Shown here: piece by piece, positions 31,247-46,020 of the stretch | Numbering within the stretch: position 1 is the first letter of the stretch | Layout of the letters: every line of letters begins with the position of its first letter | Assembly: GCF_009914755.1 (NCBI RefSeq) | Contig: NC_060942.1 | Direction: 5' to 3' (one strand) | DNA from: the human T2T-CHM13v2.0 reference genome, Homo sapiens | DNA: 64,000 bases | The notes under the pieces: model-generated | Database searches by the model: none | What the model saw: the letters and a program-made list of their open reading frames with translations, nothing else | What the model was told of the DNA's origin: nothing | Made by a program: the position numbers and the translations under genes

Positions 31247-33561
31247 CAGGCATACCTTGGAGATACTGCAAGTTCAGTTCTAGACCACCACAATAAAGCA
31301 AGTCACTCAGATTTTTTGGTTTCCCAGTGCATATAAAAGTTATGTTTACTGTAGTCTGTTAAGTGTGTAGTAGTGTTGTGTCTGAAAACAATGTACATAC
31401 CTTAATTTAAAAATACTTCATTGGTAAAAAAATGCTGATGATCATCTGAACCTTCAGTGAATCTGAATCTTTTCTGCTTGGTGAAGGGTCTTTCCTCCAT
31501 GGCGGAAATACTCTTGATGGATGGTGGTTGCCGAAGATTGGTGTGGCTGTGGCAGTTAAGACAATGAAGTTTGCCTCATTGATTGACCATTCTTTCACAG
31601 AAGATTTCTCTGTAGCATGCAGTGCTGTTTGATAGCGTTTTACCCACTGTAGAACTTATTTCTAAATTGGAGTCACTCCTCTGAAACCCTACTGGTCTTT
31701 ATCAACTAAGTTTTTGTAATATTAATATTCGAAATCCTTGTCATTTCAACAATGTTCCCAATGTGTTTACCAGAAGTAGATTCTATCTCAAGCTCATCCA
31801 TAAGAAGCAGCTCTTCATTTGTTCAATTTTGATCATGAGATTGCAGCAATTCAGTCACATCTGCAGGCTCCACTTCTAATTCTGGTTCTCTTGTTGTTGC
31901 CATCCCGTCTGCAGCTACTTCCTCCACTGATGTGTTGAACCCCTTGAAGTCATGCATGAGGGTTGGAATCCAGTTCTTCTAAACTTGCGTTCATGTTGAT
32001 ATTTTGACCTCATCCCATGAAGCATGAACATTCTTAATGATATCTAGAATGGGGAATCATTTCCATCAGGTTTTTTATTTACTTCATCCAGATCCATCAG
32101 AGGAATCACTATCTATGGCAGCTATAGCCTTACAAAATGTATTTCTTAAATAATAAGACTTAAAAATGAAAAGTACCCCTTGATCAATGGGCTGCAGAAT
32201 GGATGTTGTATTAGCAGCCATGAAAATAACATTGATCTCCTTGTACATCTTCATCAGACCTCCTGGGTGACCAGGTATATTGCCAATGAGCGGTAATATT
32301 TTGAAAAGAATTTTATTTTTCTGAGCAGTAGGTCTCAACAGTGGGCCTAAAATACTCAGTAAACCGTGATGTGAACAGATATGCTGTCATCCAGGCTTTG
32401 TTCCATTTATAGAGCATGAGCAGAGCAGATTTTACATAATTCTTAAGGGCCTCGGGATTTTTGGAAGGATAAATGAGCATTGGCTTCACCTTAAAGTCAC
32501 TAGCAGCATTAGTCCCTAACAGGAGAGTCGCCCTGTCTTTTGAAGCTTTGAAACTAGGTATTGACTTCTCTCTAGCTATGAAAGTCCTAGATGGCATCTT
32601 CTAATAGAAGACTGTCTCGTCTTCATTGAAGATCTTATTTAGTGTAGCCACCTTCATCAATGATCTTAGCTAGATCTTCTGCATAACTTGATGCAGCTTC
32701 TACATCAGCACTTGCTGCATCATCTTGCACTTTTACATTATGAAGGTGGCTGCTTTCCTTAAACGTCCTGAACCAACTTCTAGTTTCAGACTTTTCTTGT
32801 GCAGTTTCCTCACCTCTCTCATCCTTCATAGAATTGAAGAGAGAGAGTTAGGGCCTCTGAATTAGGCTTTGGATAAAGGGAATGTTGTGGCTGGTTGATC
32901 TTTGCAGACCACTCAGACTTTTTCTGAAAATCAGCAGTAAGGCTGTTTGCTTTCTTATTCCAGTGTGTTCATTGGAGTAGACTTTTATTTTAAGAACTTT
33001 TCCTTTGCATTCATAACGGCTGATTTCAAGCCTAGCTTTTTGCCTATTTTAGCTTTTTACATGCCTTGTTCACTAAGCTTAGTCATTTCTAGCTTCTGAT
33101 TTAAAGTGAGAGATGTGCAAGTCTTCCTTTCACTTGAACATGTGGAGACCATTGTAGGATTATTAACTGGCCTTATTTCAATATTGTTGTATCTCCAGGA
33201 ACAGAGAGGCCAAGGAGAGGGAGGGAGAGAGATGAGGGAACAGCTGATTAGTGGAGCAGTCAGAGCACACATGACATTTATGAGTTCTCCATCTTATAAA
33301 GGCACCTCGATAAAGTTTGTGGCACCTCAAAACAATTACAGTAATAACAGCAAAGATCACTGATTACAGATCATCATGACAAATAATAATGGAAAAGTTT
33401 GAAATAATGCAAGAATTACCGTAATGTGACATAAAAACCCGAAGCGAGCATGTGCTGTTGGAAAAATGGTGCCAGTAGACTTGCTTGATATGGTATTGCC
33501 ACATACCTACAATTTGTAAAAAACACCAATTTGTAAAGCTAAATAAAGCTAGGTATGCCTT
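31247..33561 (-). mobile_element. Near full-length Tigger1 DNA transposon (dead transposase)
   Basis: TA-CAGGCATACCT...AGGTATGCCT(t)-TA inverted termini; - strand ORF pieces ([12 protein letters not shown]...[17 protein letters not shown]) of a pogo-like DDE transposase. Confidence 0.93.
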
Positions 33562-34214
33562 TAATAGGTTTCAACTTGATTCAGAACAAGGAATCCTAAA
33601 TTCATTTAGCTGTCTTTGAGTCAAAGCAGGAAACCTTATTTCAGGGAGAGAGCTCTTGGGGCTAATACATGTAGAAATAGAAATAATATCTCTGAAGTAT
33701 TAATTGTCGTAGAGCTTTTGGCTTACTTTCTTCACAAGGCCCTACAACACAATAATTGGATAATTGGGTGAATTGTTAACATGTCATGTTATGTATGTTC
33801 CTTTAATTCTAGTTTTCTAAAATATCTTTAATATTTTTAATTCTAGTTTTCTTTGTTATACTTATTTAAAATTTAATTTTATTATAATTTTAATTTGTTA
33901 TACTTCTAATTTAGTTATACTTTTATTTTTCTTACCTTAAACTGATTTTTAGAGCTGTTGAACTGGTTTTCCCATGGGCTGCAATATCACTGAGTATTAT
34001 AGTAAGTAGATAATTGTTTTAAAGTAAGCAAGTACCATCCCATGTCTGCCTAAAAATGATTCAAATAATAGAGGAACTCTTAGAATTAACGGGTATTTTC
34101 CTCTTCAGAAGCTGCTTGAGAGCCTAAGAATTTTCACCAAATTATGAACAAGACAGATTGTTTTATTTATTGTAATCATATGAGAAACTGAACTCTTATT
34201 TATTTCTTCTTTAG

Positions 34215-34252
34215 GTATTTACTTGGTGTTTGCCTTTGAGAAACAGCAGTGA
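34215..34252 (+). CDS. RNMT: RNMT exon 12 coding part (476-aa isoform)
   Basis: ctttag|(S)IYLVFAFEKQQ-TGA; YxxFxFxK is the conserved C-terminal strand of cap MTases. Confidence 0.96.
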
Positions 34253-36311
34253 GCACATAGGCAGTAGTCCCAGAGGGGCCGTGTTCTGTCCTGCACAAAT
34301 TTGAACAACTCATCTCGATATATTTGATATTTCTCTGTCTGTTGATTTTAATTCTAAATGTGCAGGATGCTGCCAGAAACTCCAATGTAGAAATTCAACA
34401 TTTGCTGTCTGTGACAGATGAACTTTTGCATGTGTATATAAGAATGAGTTGGGACCTCTGTCTTTAAAAATCTATTTTTAGGTAATGTTCTAAGAATTCC
34501 ATTTGCCTCTATGATCTTAGCTCATAAAAATATAATATGACTTGATAAAGCAACTAAACTCTTTCCACAGTGTTCAGATTTGTCCTGTGTGTGTTTACAG
34601 TATTCAATTTATTGCAGTTATAGAATTGGTCAGAGAGCATTTTCATAGTGTGCTCATTTCTATGGTTTTGTTATATAGCATTTTTCAACATTTAATGGTC
34701 TGTACAGTTGAATGTAAGTGTTCAATATGTATTGCTGAAGTTATAAGTTTAAAACTCAATTTCAGATGCTCATAAAAGTTACTTAGCTAAAATTTTAGCA
34801 ATTTATTGCATTTTGAAATAATCATTAACATGCTGCAATTCAGGAGCTGGTTAGAACATTTTAAGTGGCAGCATAGAATTTTGGAATTTTGGGGCTTTCT
34901 TTTCAGAAATTGCTACCATAGTAATTAATGTTTCCAGTTATCAAGATTGTGATTAGACACATTTACCTTTCTTCATTGAACAAATGGTGCCATAGTTATT
35001 TTTCTCAAAATTTAGTGAAAATCCCTCCCATGTAGACATGTTGCACATTTTTTCCAAATTTATACATGGAACTGCAGTAGGAATATTCTCACCATCTGAT
35101 GCCATGTACCCACTTCAGAAATAAGCAATACTTGTTCCTCTGTTACAACCTCAGCACTTTGCACCGTAGGAGCCATTGTTAAAGTTGTCACTTGTGTAAC
35201 TGACTGCTTTTCCAAAACTGGTACTTATGTGAACTGTTGTCCTTGCTTTACACCACCATTTGGAAAACTTACCAGTTTTTAGATGTAGATGTAGTGAAAA
35301 ACTTCAAGAATGAAGCAGAGCAATTGAGTATTCTTTTTTAAATTATTAAGCCATGATTTACAAAAACATTACTTTCTGTAATTCACAATACTTGTTTTAA
35401 AAACATAGTGTCTTCATTAGTGTGCATCTATTAACTGTTCATGGTGTTAGAGTTGCAAACTTTTTAGCAAGAAAATATGGATTTCCTCATTTCAGTTCCT
35501 TCTGCAGCCTGTGAATCTCCACAAAGTGTTACCAGTTTACAAAAATAAGTCTTTTTGCCTTAAGTCATTTTGGAAATAAGTAATACTGCATCTGACTCTG
35601 GTGGCTGTATTAGCTAGGAAAGGTTTGTAAATGGTGTCAGTGAGGTGGGGAAAGGAAGTCTTCCTGTCACATATGCAGGTTCGTTTTCATTCTAGGGCAG
35701 TGCCAGGAAGTATATTGATAGCTTTGTAGGTACAGGAAAAACATCATCATTATTTCCTCTGTTCACATTTACTGGTCTTAATTAACAGGTAATAATAATA
35801 CATGTACTTTTAGCCTGAAACCTCTTCCACGCCATGGGTAACTTGGGGGAGAGAAGAATCCTCCAAACGATGGAGTAGCCAGTGGTAATACAAAGCAGGG
35901 AGAACAGAAAGGTAGAGTTACTAAGGCCTTCAGTGAACAGAAAGGAGCAGAGAGCAAGATTAGATCTGAGAAGATGCTCTGGGGACTGAGCCCACTGTTG
36001 TTGGTGTCAGGGAGGCTTACTGGAGCCACACCTGCAGGCGCTGTGTTCAGGCACCACCTTCCTCCTTGAGCTTTGCCTGTCTCTTGCCTTATCAGTTCTT
36101 CCTCCACCACCCTACACCCCCCTCCCCCCGGCCCCAAGCCCCTGTGTCTCCTTGTTACAATTAAGTTTCTGGATATTGACTTAAGAACTGTTAGGAAGAG
36201 GACTAGAAAAGGCTTCCCCTGCCTATCCTCTCCGATCACCAAGGTGGAAGGGAGCTAGTAGGACTCTTCCTTGACACACCTTGTAGTCTAAATGTTCGGT
36301 ATTCTATTCAG

Positions 36312-36433
36312 GACTTACGGTAACTATTATGAGGGAGGCATGGCTTTCCACCGTCGGGCCAGGAAGAGCACCTGTTGCTGCAAGCTCAGTGAAGTGGGGC
36401 ACTCCCAGACCTGCCATGCAGTTTATCCTCTGA
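36312..36433 (+). CDS. RNMT: RNMT alternative terminal exon (504-aa isoform)
   Basis: ttctattcag|GA; phase-1 join to exon 11 gives RLTVTIMREAWLSTVGPGRAPVAASSVKWGTPRPAMQFIL-TGA, matching my recollection of the annotated isoform 2. Confidence 0.8.
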
Positions 36434-37839
36434 GAATGGAATTGGAAATGAAGACCTAACCAGCTATTGGTGGGAATGACGGAACTGGGGATTGCGATGA
36501 TTGATCTGGGAACATGGCTGGATTGTGATTTAACCAAGAATGCTGATGTTGAATTCTTTGGGCCTAGAATATACTTGAGAAAGCACTAGTGGCTTGTGTT
36601 CAGGGAGAGGAGCTGGCAGTTTTTAACCACTTCTGTGGGAGCCGTGTTCTAACCTGTGGAAAGTATTGCAATTCTGTGAGAGTGACTCTGCAGAGTCACT
36701 GCACCATCAGGCTTGGCCCTGCTGTGCCTTCAGTACCCAGCCAGGTTCTCTGGGTCCAGGGTGACTCTCCAAAGAAATTGGCCTTCAGCTGGAGAAAACA
36801 TTGGGTGGAGACTCTCACTTATGTTAATGCAATCTTGAAATGACTGAAAGGTAGATTGCCAGCACAGTGAGTTTCCCAGCCTGCTCCCCCATCCACACTT
36901 GGAAATTGAGGGAGCATGACCGCTCTCTGACTTCACATGTTAATAGAGGATCAGAGCAGAGTTGGGAGTATATTGGTCAGGATCATAGAAAAGAAGACAA
37001 AGCTTGCTCAGCCATGAGATGGCCAGGTATCCAGTTTTGTTAACTCTCTTTGGGAATTTCTTTTTCAGCCTGTTTTTTAGCTTAGTGCCATTATGTCATT
37101 TTGATTTGTATTCAAGTACTCTTCAAGTATCTTTGTAATGAAGGTTTGGCTACTTGTATAGGTCTGCCTGCAGGGTGAAAATGCCAGTGTGAATATTCTA
37201 GCTACCAAACATTGTTTTTTGTTGAAAAACTGACTTTCTGTTGTCTACCTCAGGCCTTGTGCATTTGGGTTATCTCAAGCCAGTCACCACAGAGGGTCTC
37301 TAGGGTCTGCAAAATAGAGGCCAAATCCAGGGACCAGGCCCTAATAATAGAAGTTGTACCAAAATGCCTGTGGTACTTGATGGCCTGTTGGTCAAATAGG
37401 AAGTACAAGTGTGTGATGTTAGAACCTCCCTAGTTGCTGCTATATCAAACACTGCACACTTGACAAGTGTTTTCATTCCCCGCCCTCTGACAGAACAACA
37501 TTCCTAATTCTTTGAAGGCAACCAGTGCAAAGGCTACTACACTTGTGTAATGATATTTAGCAGATGCATACAGGACTGGATCCCAGGGCACTGTCAGTTC
37601 TTCCCTCCCTCTCGTGCTGCTCAGTTTGTCCTCTGCTCCCATGTAGGCCTAAAGTCACCCCACTCCTTAGTGCCTGCACCTCACCACGATATTGAGGAAG
37701 CACAGGACATCCAAGGGTACTCTCCAGTTTGGCTGTGGAGACTTGAGCAAGCCCTAAAGTCCCCTGCTCCCTGGACTTCTCCTGGGTTGTGCTTTTTTGG
37801 GGGCAACATACCTTGGACAAAGCTGAGCTGACAGCTAAT

Positions 37840-38010
37840 GTTTATTAGCCTCCTACCTAAGTCAGTCACTTTGCTAAATTCTTCACCTGTGGTAACTCAT
37901 TTTGATTGTTATAACATCTCAGCACCATTATTCCCATTTTAATGATGAGGAAACTGAGTCATAGAGGATACAGACTTGCCCAAAGGAGAGCCAGGATTTT
38001 CACACCCCCT
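37840..38010 (-). mobile_element. MIR in the 3' UTR
   Basis: attattcccatttt...gatgaggaaactgag...gacttgcccaa. Confidence 0.75.
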
Positions 38011-38804
38011 CCTCAAGCTGGGCCTGCCCTCCAAGTGCTTGTTATATACCTCCACGGGTGTCAGCCCAGATGACTCCTCACCCATCCACCACCTGCAGCT
38101 TGAGATGTTAACTATTAGAGCTCCATTCTTTTGGTTCAAAACGTTGATACTTACTTAGATGTTCCCTGAGAGGAGTGTTTATTTCTGAGTAAGGGGCTTT
38201 GTTGAAAGAGGGGGTTAGAGAGAGCAAGACAGCACTTGAGTGCACTGGCAGGAAGCAGAGATAAGACTTGAATTTCAGTTTGGTAGACCTCCTTCTTTAG
38301 CAGCCCAACCTGTAGCAAATCTAGTTTAGCCTGCATGGCAGGGAGAGGGATTCTCTTCCCACCCTCACCATTTGCAAGTGGCAGGAGCTGAGAATGCCAG
38401 TACGAGAGTGTAGCCAAAGTGAGAGGCTGAGAGCAAAGGAGACATTTTTTTCAGTTTTGAGTCGAGTATCCAGACAGAGGCAAATCATTTTGTTTAACTT
38501 TTTATTAAAGTGTAACTATAGAAACACATCAATGATTTTTCACAAGTGGAGCACGTGCATACAATCGGCACCCCAGAAGCCCCCCGTCAGATTCCCTTCC
38601 AGTTAACTACCTCTCCAAGGGAAACCACTATCCTGAGTTCTAAGCGCATAGATTAGTTCTGTCTGGTTTGGGGAGATATATAAATGGAATTATGCATTCT
38701 TCGTATCTGGTTTCTTTTCACCAATATTATGTTTGTGAGATTTTTGTTGCATGTATTTGTACATGGATTTTCATTCTCATGGTTGTATAATATTTCATTG
38801 TGTG

Positions 38805-38810
38805 AATAAA
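38805..38810 (+). terminator. Polyadenylation signal AATAAA of RNMT
   Basis: AATAAA with upstream TGTA motifs, a CA about 20 nt downstream and a GT-rich tract (ctgtttggtt). Confidence 0.75.
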
Positions 38811-39269
38811 CCACATACTGTTTATCTGACAGCTGTTTGGTTCATTTACCATTTGGAAACTAGTACTGATCCAGATATTCTAGTACATGAATTTTGGTGC
38901 ACATAGGTACATACTTCTGCTTAGGAATGTGCTACAATTTGAATGTTTGTCCTTCTAGATCTTATGTTGAAATTTGATCCCCAGTGTTGGAGGTAGGGCC
39001 TAATGGGAGGTGTTTGGGTCGGGGGGCGGGTCCCTGATGGATAGATTAATGCCTTGCGGTGGTGGGAGTGTGAGTTCTTGCTCAGTTAGTTCCCAAGGAC
39101 AAGTTAATTGTTGTTGCCGATTAACAACAATGACACCTGGTTGTTTAAAAGAGCCTGGCACTTCCCCCATTTTTTGCTTTCTCTCGCCATGTGATCTCTA
39201 CAACCAGCTCTCCTTTGCCTTCCACCATGAGTGGAGGCAGCCTGAGGCCCTCATCAGAAGCAAATGTTG

Positions 39270-39478
39270 CAGGATCTCACTGGGCCTTTGTCTTCTATGC
39301 CTACATGTCCACTGCTCGGTTACTCTCTACTGCTCCTTTGCCTTTGCTCTGTCACCCTGTTACCTGCAAGTGTTGGGAGATGTGTAGGGAAGATACCAGT
39401 ACACTCCAGAACCAGGAAGTGGAAACAGGAATACCAGAACATTGAAGATCAGTACAATAATGCTTGGAGAAATCTAAG
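39270..39478 (+). pseudogene. Processed 5' fragment of a KRAB zinc-finger mRNA (exon 1 plus short post-KRAB-A exon) fused to L1
   Basis: 39270-39421 resembles the chr19 ZNF 5'UTR exon (gggcctttgtct...ctgtcaccctgttacctgcaagtgttgggagat...ggaaRTG). 39422-39478 encodes EYQNIEDQYNNAWRNL, like the WEDQNIEDQYKNPRRNLR exon. Recognition is from memory. Confidence 0.7.
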
Positions 39479-40381
39479 AGAGTTGGGGAGGGAGCTAAGA
39501 TGGCTGACTAGATGGGGCCAGGAAGAGCATCTCTCACCAAGAGACCAGACCATCAAGAAAACTGGCACACTCTGAGCAGACCTTTGGAAGGAAGGTGTTG
39601 AGAGTGGACAGAGGGAAAATACAGACACTGGGCTCAAGGGGAAGGAAGCTGGGAACCCTGCCCAGGGCAGGTGAGCACTAGGATTTGTTCCTGGTCCCCA
39701 GAGGCTCCTGGGTAAGGGGTGAGTTAAATAGGCGAGTGACCCACTCTCACCATGGACCTCCAGAATCCTAACTGCAGGAAACCCCACAACCCCTACGGAC
39801 ATTTAAGCTGACGGAGAGTTGTTCGGAGCAGTGGCGGGGAAAGGACTCCAGCCTTTGCAGAACCCAGAGGGTTTGGCACGGGAATGGCTACAGCAGAGTG
39901 CAACCAAGGACACCCATCCCCTAGGGCTCACCACACTCCTCTGGGTGACTTTGGCTTTGTCAACTGTCAGACCTGGACAGAGCAGGGTGGTCTTGCCCTT
40001 GGGACAAGGCCAGTCTACCTGAGTGCCCCTGCTCCTCTAATCTGCTGACCTCTCTGGGGGTCCCTTCCTGGCCATGCCCATTTGCAGTGCAGCCACAGAT
40101 GCCCAATCAGGGTGCTCCCCAGTGGCGGCCAACAAAGCTCTTTACAGGCCAACCATACCTAACTGCTAGAGAGCTCCAGCAGACTGGCCTCTACCGGTGG
40201 GCACCCACACACCCACAGCCTCCTCCCACCACAACCTCCCTGCACCATTTGCCGGCATCCATGGGTGGTCTCACTATCCTGCTCCCACCAGTACCTGACC
40301 TCTGCTGACACACGCACACCCCACTGCACTGCCAGTTACACCACAGTCAAACCCTCAAGGGCATCAAAGAAGATAAAAGCA

Positions 40382-40735
<354 letters not shown>

Positions 40736-43262
40736 TCAAAAGATTAAAGGAGCACCAGCACACACAGGTGAGAAAGAACCAGCACAAGAATTCTGGCAAC
40801 TCAAAAAGCCAGAATGTCTCCCTACTTCCAGACAACCACACTAGTAACCCAGCAATGCTTCTTAACCAGGCTCAAATGGCTGAAGTGACAGATACAGAAT
40901 TCAGAATTTAGATAGGAACAAAAATCATTGGGATTCAAGAGAAAGTCAAAACCCAATCCAAGGAATTGAAGGAATCCAATAAAACAATATGAGACCTGAA
41001 AGACAAAATAACCATTTTAAGAAAGAACCAAACAGATTTGCTAGAGCTGAAAAACTCACTGCAAGAATTTCATAAAATGATCAGATTTATTAATAGCAGA
41101 ATAGATAAACTGAGGAAAGAATCTCAGAGCTTGAAGACCAGTTGTTTGAAACTTAAACAAAAATAGAGAACAAAGAATATAAAAGAATGAACAAAACCTC
41201 TGAGAAATATGGGATTATATTAAAAGACCTATGACTCAAACCTATGGCTCACTGGCATCCCTGAAAGAGACAAGAGAGTAAGCAAGTAACTTGGAAAGCA
41301 TATTTGAGGATCTCATCTACAGAAATTTCCCCAGCCTCACTAGTGAGGTCAACATTCAAATTCAGGAAATGCAGAGAACCCCTGCAAGGTACTATAGAAG
41401 ACAACCATCCCCAAGACACATAGTCATCAGATTCTCCAATGTCAAGATGAAAAAATATTAAAGGCAACTAGAGAGAAGGGGCAGGTCACCTACAAAAGAA
41501 ACTCCATCTGACTAACAATGGACCTTTCAGCGGAAACCCTACAAGTCAGAAGAGATTAGGGCCTTATATTTAGCATTCTCAAAGACAAGAAATTCCAACC
41601 AAGAATTTCATATCCAGCCAAACTAAGCTTCATAAGTGAAGGAAGATTATTTTCAGACAAACAAATGTTAAAATTCATTACCACCAGACCTGCCTTACAA
41701 GAGGTCCTTAAAAGAGTACTAAATATGGAAATAAAATATTGTTAACAGCCACCACATAAACACACTGAAGTACATAGCCCATTGACACTATAAAGCAACC
41801 ACACAAGTCTGCATAACAACCAGCTACCAGCATGATGACAGGATCAAATCTGCACATATCAATAGTAACCTTGAACATAAATGGGCTAAACACTCCACTT
41901 AAAAGACGCAGAGTGTCAAGTTGGATAAAGAAGCAAGACCCAATTGTATGCTGTCTTCAAGAGATCCACCTCATATGCAAATGACACCCATAGGCTCAAA
42001 GTAAAGGGATGGAGGAAAATGTATGAAGCAATTTAAAAAAGAACAGGGGTTGCTATTCTAATTTCAGACAAAACAGACTTTAAACCAACAAACATGAAGA
42101 GACCAGGGCATTACACAATGATTAAGGGTTCACATCAACAAGAAGAGTTAACTATCTTAAATATGCACCTAACACTGGAACAACCAGATTCATAAAACAA
42201 GTTCTTAGAGACCTTCAAAGAGACTTAGATAACCACACAATAAAAGTGGGAGACTTCAACACCACATTAACAGTATTAAACAGATCTTTGAGGCTGAAAA
42301 CTAACAAAGATATTCCAAGACCTGAACTCAACACTTGAGCAAATGGACCTAACAGACAACTACAGAACACTCCACACAACAACAGAATATACATTCTTCT
42401 CATTTGAACATGGCACATACTCTGAAATTGACTATACATTGGCCATAAAACAATTCTCAGAAAGAAAAAAACATGAGAGCAAAAACATATCAATTACACT
42501 CTGAGGCCACAGTGCAATATAAATAGAAATCAATATTAAGAAAATCACCCAAAACTATACAATTACATGGAAATTAACCTGTTCCTGAATGACTTTTGGG
42601 GAAACTATGAAATTAAGGCAGAAATCAAGAAATTATTTGAAATGAATGATAAAGATACAACGTAGCAGAATCTGGGACACAGCAAAGAGTGTTAAGAGGA
42701 AAGTTTACAGTGCTAAACACCCATATTAAAAAGTTAGGAAGATCTCAAATGAACAGCCTCACATCATACCTAGAGGACCTAAAGAAACAAGGCCAAACCA
42801 ACCCCAAAGCTAGCAAAAGACGAGAAATAACCAAAGTCAGAGCTGAACCAAATGAAATTGAGATGTGAAAAACCATACAAGAGATCAATGCAACCAGAAG
42901 TTGGTTCCCTGAAAGAATAAATAAGACTGATAGACTGCCAGCTAGACTAATAAAGAAAAAGAGAAGATCCAAATAAACACATAGATGACAAAGAGGACAT
43001 TACCGCTGACCCCACAGAAATACAAAAAATCCTCAGAGACTGTTACAAACACCTCTATGTACAAAAACTAAAAAACCTACAAGAAATGGATAAATTCCTG
43101 GAAACACACAACCCTTCAAAATTGAACCAGGAAGAAATTGAAACCCTGAACAGATCAATAACAAGTTACAAAATTGAATCAGTAATAAAAAGGCTGCCAA
43201 CCAGAAAGTCCAGGGCCAGGTGGATTCATAGATGAATTCAACCAGACAGATAAAGAAGGGCT

Positions 43263-43670
<408 letters not shown>

Positions 43671-46020
43671 CTATGAGGCTAGCATCATTCCAGTACCAAA
43701 GCCTGGCAGAGACACAACAACAAAAACTTTAGGCCAATATCCTTGATGACTATAGATGCAAAAATACCGAACAAAATACTAGCAAACCAAATCCAGCAGC
43801 ACATCAAAAAGCTAATCCTAATCCACCACAAAAATGGAGGCTTTATCCCTGGGATGCAAAGTTGGTTCAATGAACACAAATCAATAAATGTGATTTATCA
43901 CATAAACAGAAATGAAAACAAAAATCTTATGATCATCTCCATAGGTGCAGAAGAGGCTTCCAATAAAATTCATCATACCTTCATGTTAAAAACCCTCAAC
44001 AGACTAGGCACTGAAGGAGCATACCTCAAAATAATAGAGCCATCTATGACAAACCCACAGCCAACATCACACTGAACAGGGAGAAGCTGGAAGCATTCCC
44101 CTAGTGAACCAGAACAAGACAAGGATGTCCACTCTCACCACCCTTATTCAACATAGTACTGGAAGTCCTAGCCAGAGAAATAAGGCAAGAGAAAGCAATA
44201 AAAGGGATCCAAATATAAAAGGAAGTCAAACTATCTCTGTTTTCAGATGATGTGATTTTATACCTAGAAAAGCCCATAGTCTTTGCCCAAAAGTTGCTTG
44301 ATCTGATAAGCAACTTCAGCAAAGTTTTAGTTTACAAAGTCAATGTACAAAAATCAGTAGCATTTCTGTGCACCAACAACATCCACACTGAGAGCTAAAT
44401 CAGTAACATAACCCCATTCACAATAGCTACAAAAAATTAAAATACCTAGGAAATACAGCTAACCAGGAAGGTGAAAGGTAGCTACAATGAGAAGTACAAA
44501 CCACTGCTGAAAGAAATCAGAGAAAACACAAATGGAGAAACATTCCTTGCTCATGGAGAGGAAAAATCAACACTGTTAAAAGGGCCATACTGCCAAAAGC
44601 AATTTACAGGTTCAGTGCTATTCCTATCAAATGACCAATGACATTTTTTACAGAATTAGAAAAAAAAGTATTCTAAAATTCATATGGAACCAAAAAAGCC
44701 TGAACAGCCAAGGCAATCATAAAGAGAACAAAGCTAGAGGCATCACATTACCCAACTTTATACTAGAAGGCTACAGTGACCAAAACACCATGGTGCTGGT
44801 ACAAAAACAGACACGTAGAGCAATAGAACAAAACAGAGGACCCAGAAGCAAAGTTGCACATCTACAACTACCTGATCTTCAACAAATTTAACAAAAACAA
44901 GCAATGTGGACAGGACTCCCTATTCAATAAATAGTGCTGGGATAACTGGCTAGCCATATGCAGAAGATTGAAACTAGACCACTTCCTCACACCATATGCA
45001 AAAATCCACTGAAGATGGATTAAAATCTTCAATGTGAAACCCAAACCTACAAAAACCCTAGAAGAAAACCTGGGAAATACCATTTTGGACATAGGCCCTG
45101 GCAAAGATTTCATGATGAAGATGCCAAAAGCAATTACAAAAAAAAAAAAAAGACAAATGGTAACTACACAAAAAACTTTCTGCGCAGTGAATGAAACTAT
45201 CAACAGAGTGAACAGACAACCTACAGAATGAGAGAAAATATTTGCAAAATATGCACCCAACAAAAGTCTATTATCCAGAGCCTATAAGGAACTTACACCA
45301 ATTAACAGGCAAAAACCAAACAACCCCATTAAAAAATGGGCAAAAGACACGAACAGACACTTCTTAAAAGAAGACATACAAGAAGCCAGCAAACATAAAA
45401 AAATGCTCATCATTACCAGTTATCAGAGAAATGCAAATCAAAACCACAATGATATATCATTTTCACACTAGTCAGAATGACTTTTTTTAAAAAGTTGAAA
45501 AAAGATGTTATGAAGCTGCAGATAAAAGGGGGCACTTATACACTGTTGGTGGGAATGTAAATCAGTCCAGCCACTGTGGAAACCAGTTTTGAGATTTCTC
45601 AAAGAACTACCATTTGACCTAGCAATCCCATTACTGGATATATGCCCAAAGAAATATAAATTGTTTCACCATAAAAACACATGCATGCGCATGTTTATCA
45701 TAACACTATCCATAATAGCAAAGACTTGGAATAACCTAAATGCCCATCAATGGTGGACTGGATAAGAAAAATGTAGTACATATACACGATGGAATACTAT
45801 GCCGTTATAACAAAGAATGAAATCACGTGCTTTGCAGCAACATGAATAGAGGTGGAGGCCATTATCTTAAGCAAATTAACACAGGAACAGAAAACATGTT
45901 CTCACTTCTAAGCAGGAGTTAAACATTGAATACACATGAATACAAAGAAAGGAACAGTACATACCAAGGCCTACTTTAAGGTTGGGAGTGGGAGGAGGCT
46001 CAAAAAACCTATCTATCAGG

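Larger units (their letters stand above)
34253..38830 (+). other. RNMT: RNMT 3' UTR (~4.6 kb)
   Basis: Repeat-poor stretch from the stop codon to the first AATAAA I found (38805). Confidence 0.75.

Noticed and set aside
32084-33272. Domesticated TIGD-like gene
   Set aside because: Transposase is fragmented by stops and frameshifts; TIRs mark it as a fossil element
34211-34222. AG|GT recursive splice site explaining the alternative last exon
   Set aside because: The regenerated donor (AA|GTATTT) is weak; direct exon 11 to 36312 splicing is simpler
35778-36242. 154-aa antisense ORF in the 3' UTR
   Set aside because: No recognisable domain or exon structure; chance ORF
39264-39575. 103-aa ORF across the ZNF-L1 junction as a functional chimeric protein
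   Set aside because: Non-ATG start, the ZNF ATG appears decayed to GTG, and KRAB-A and zinc fingers are absent; informative as a fossil only
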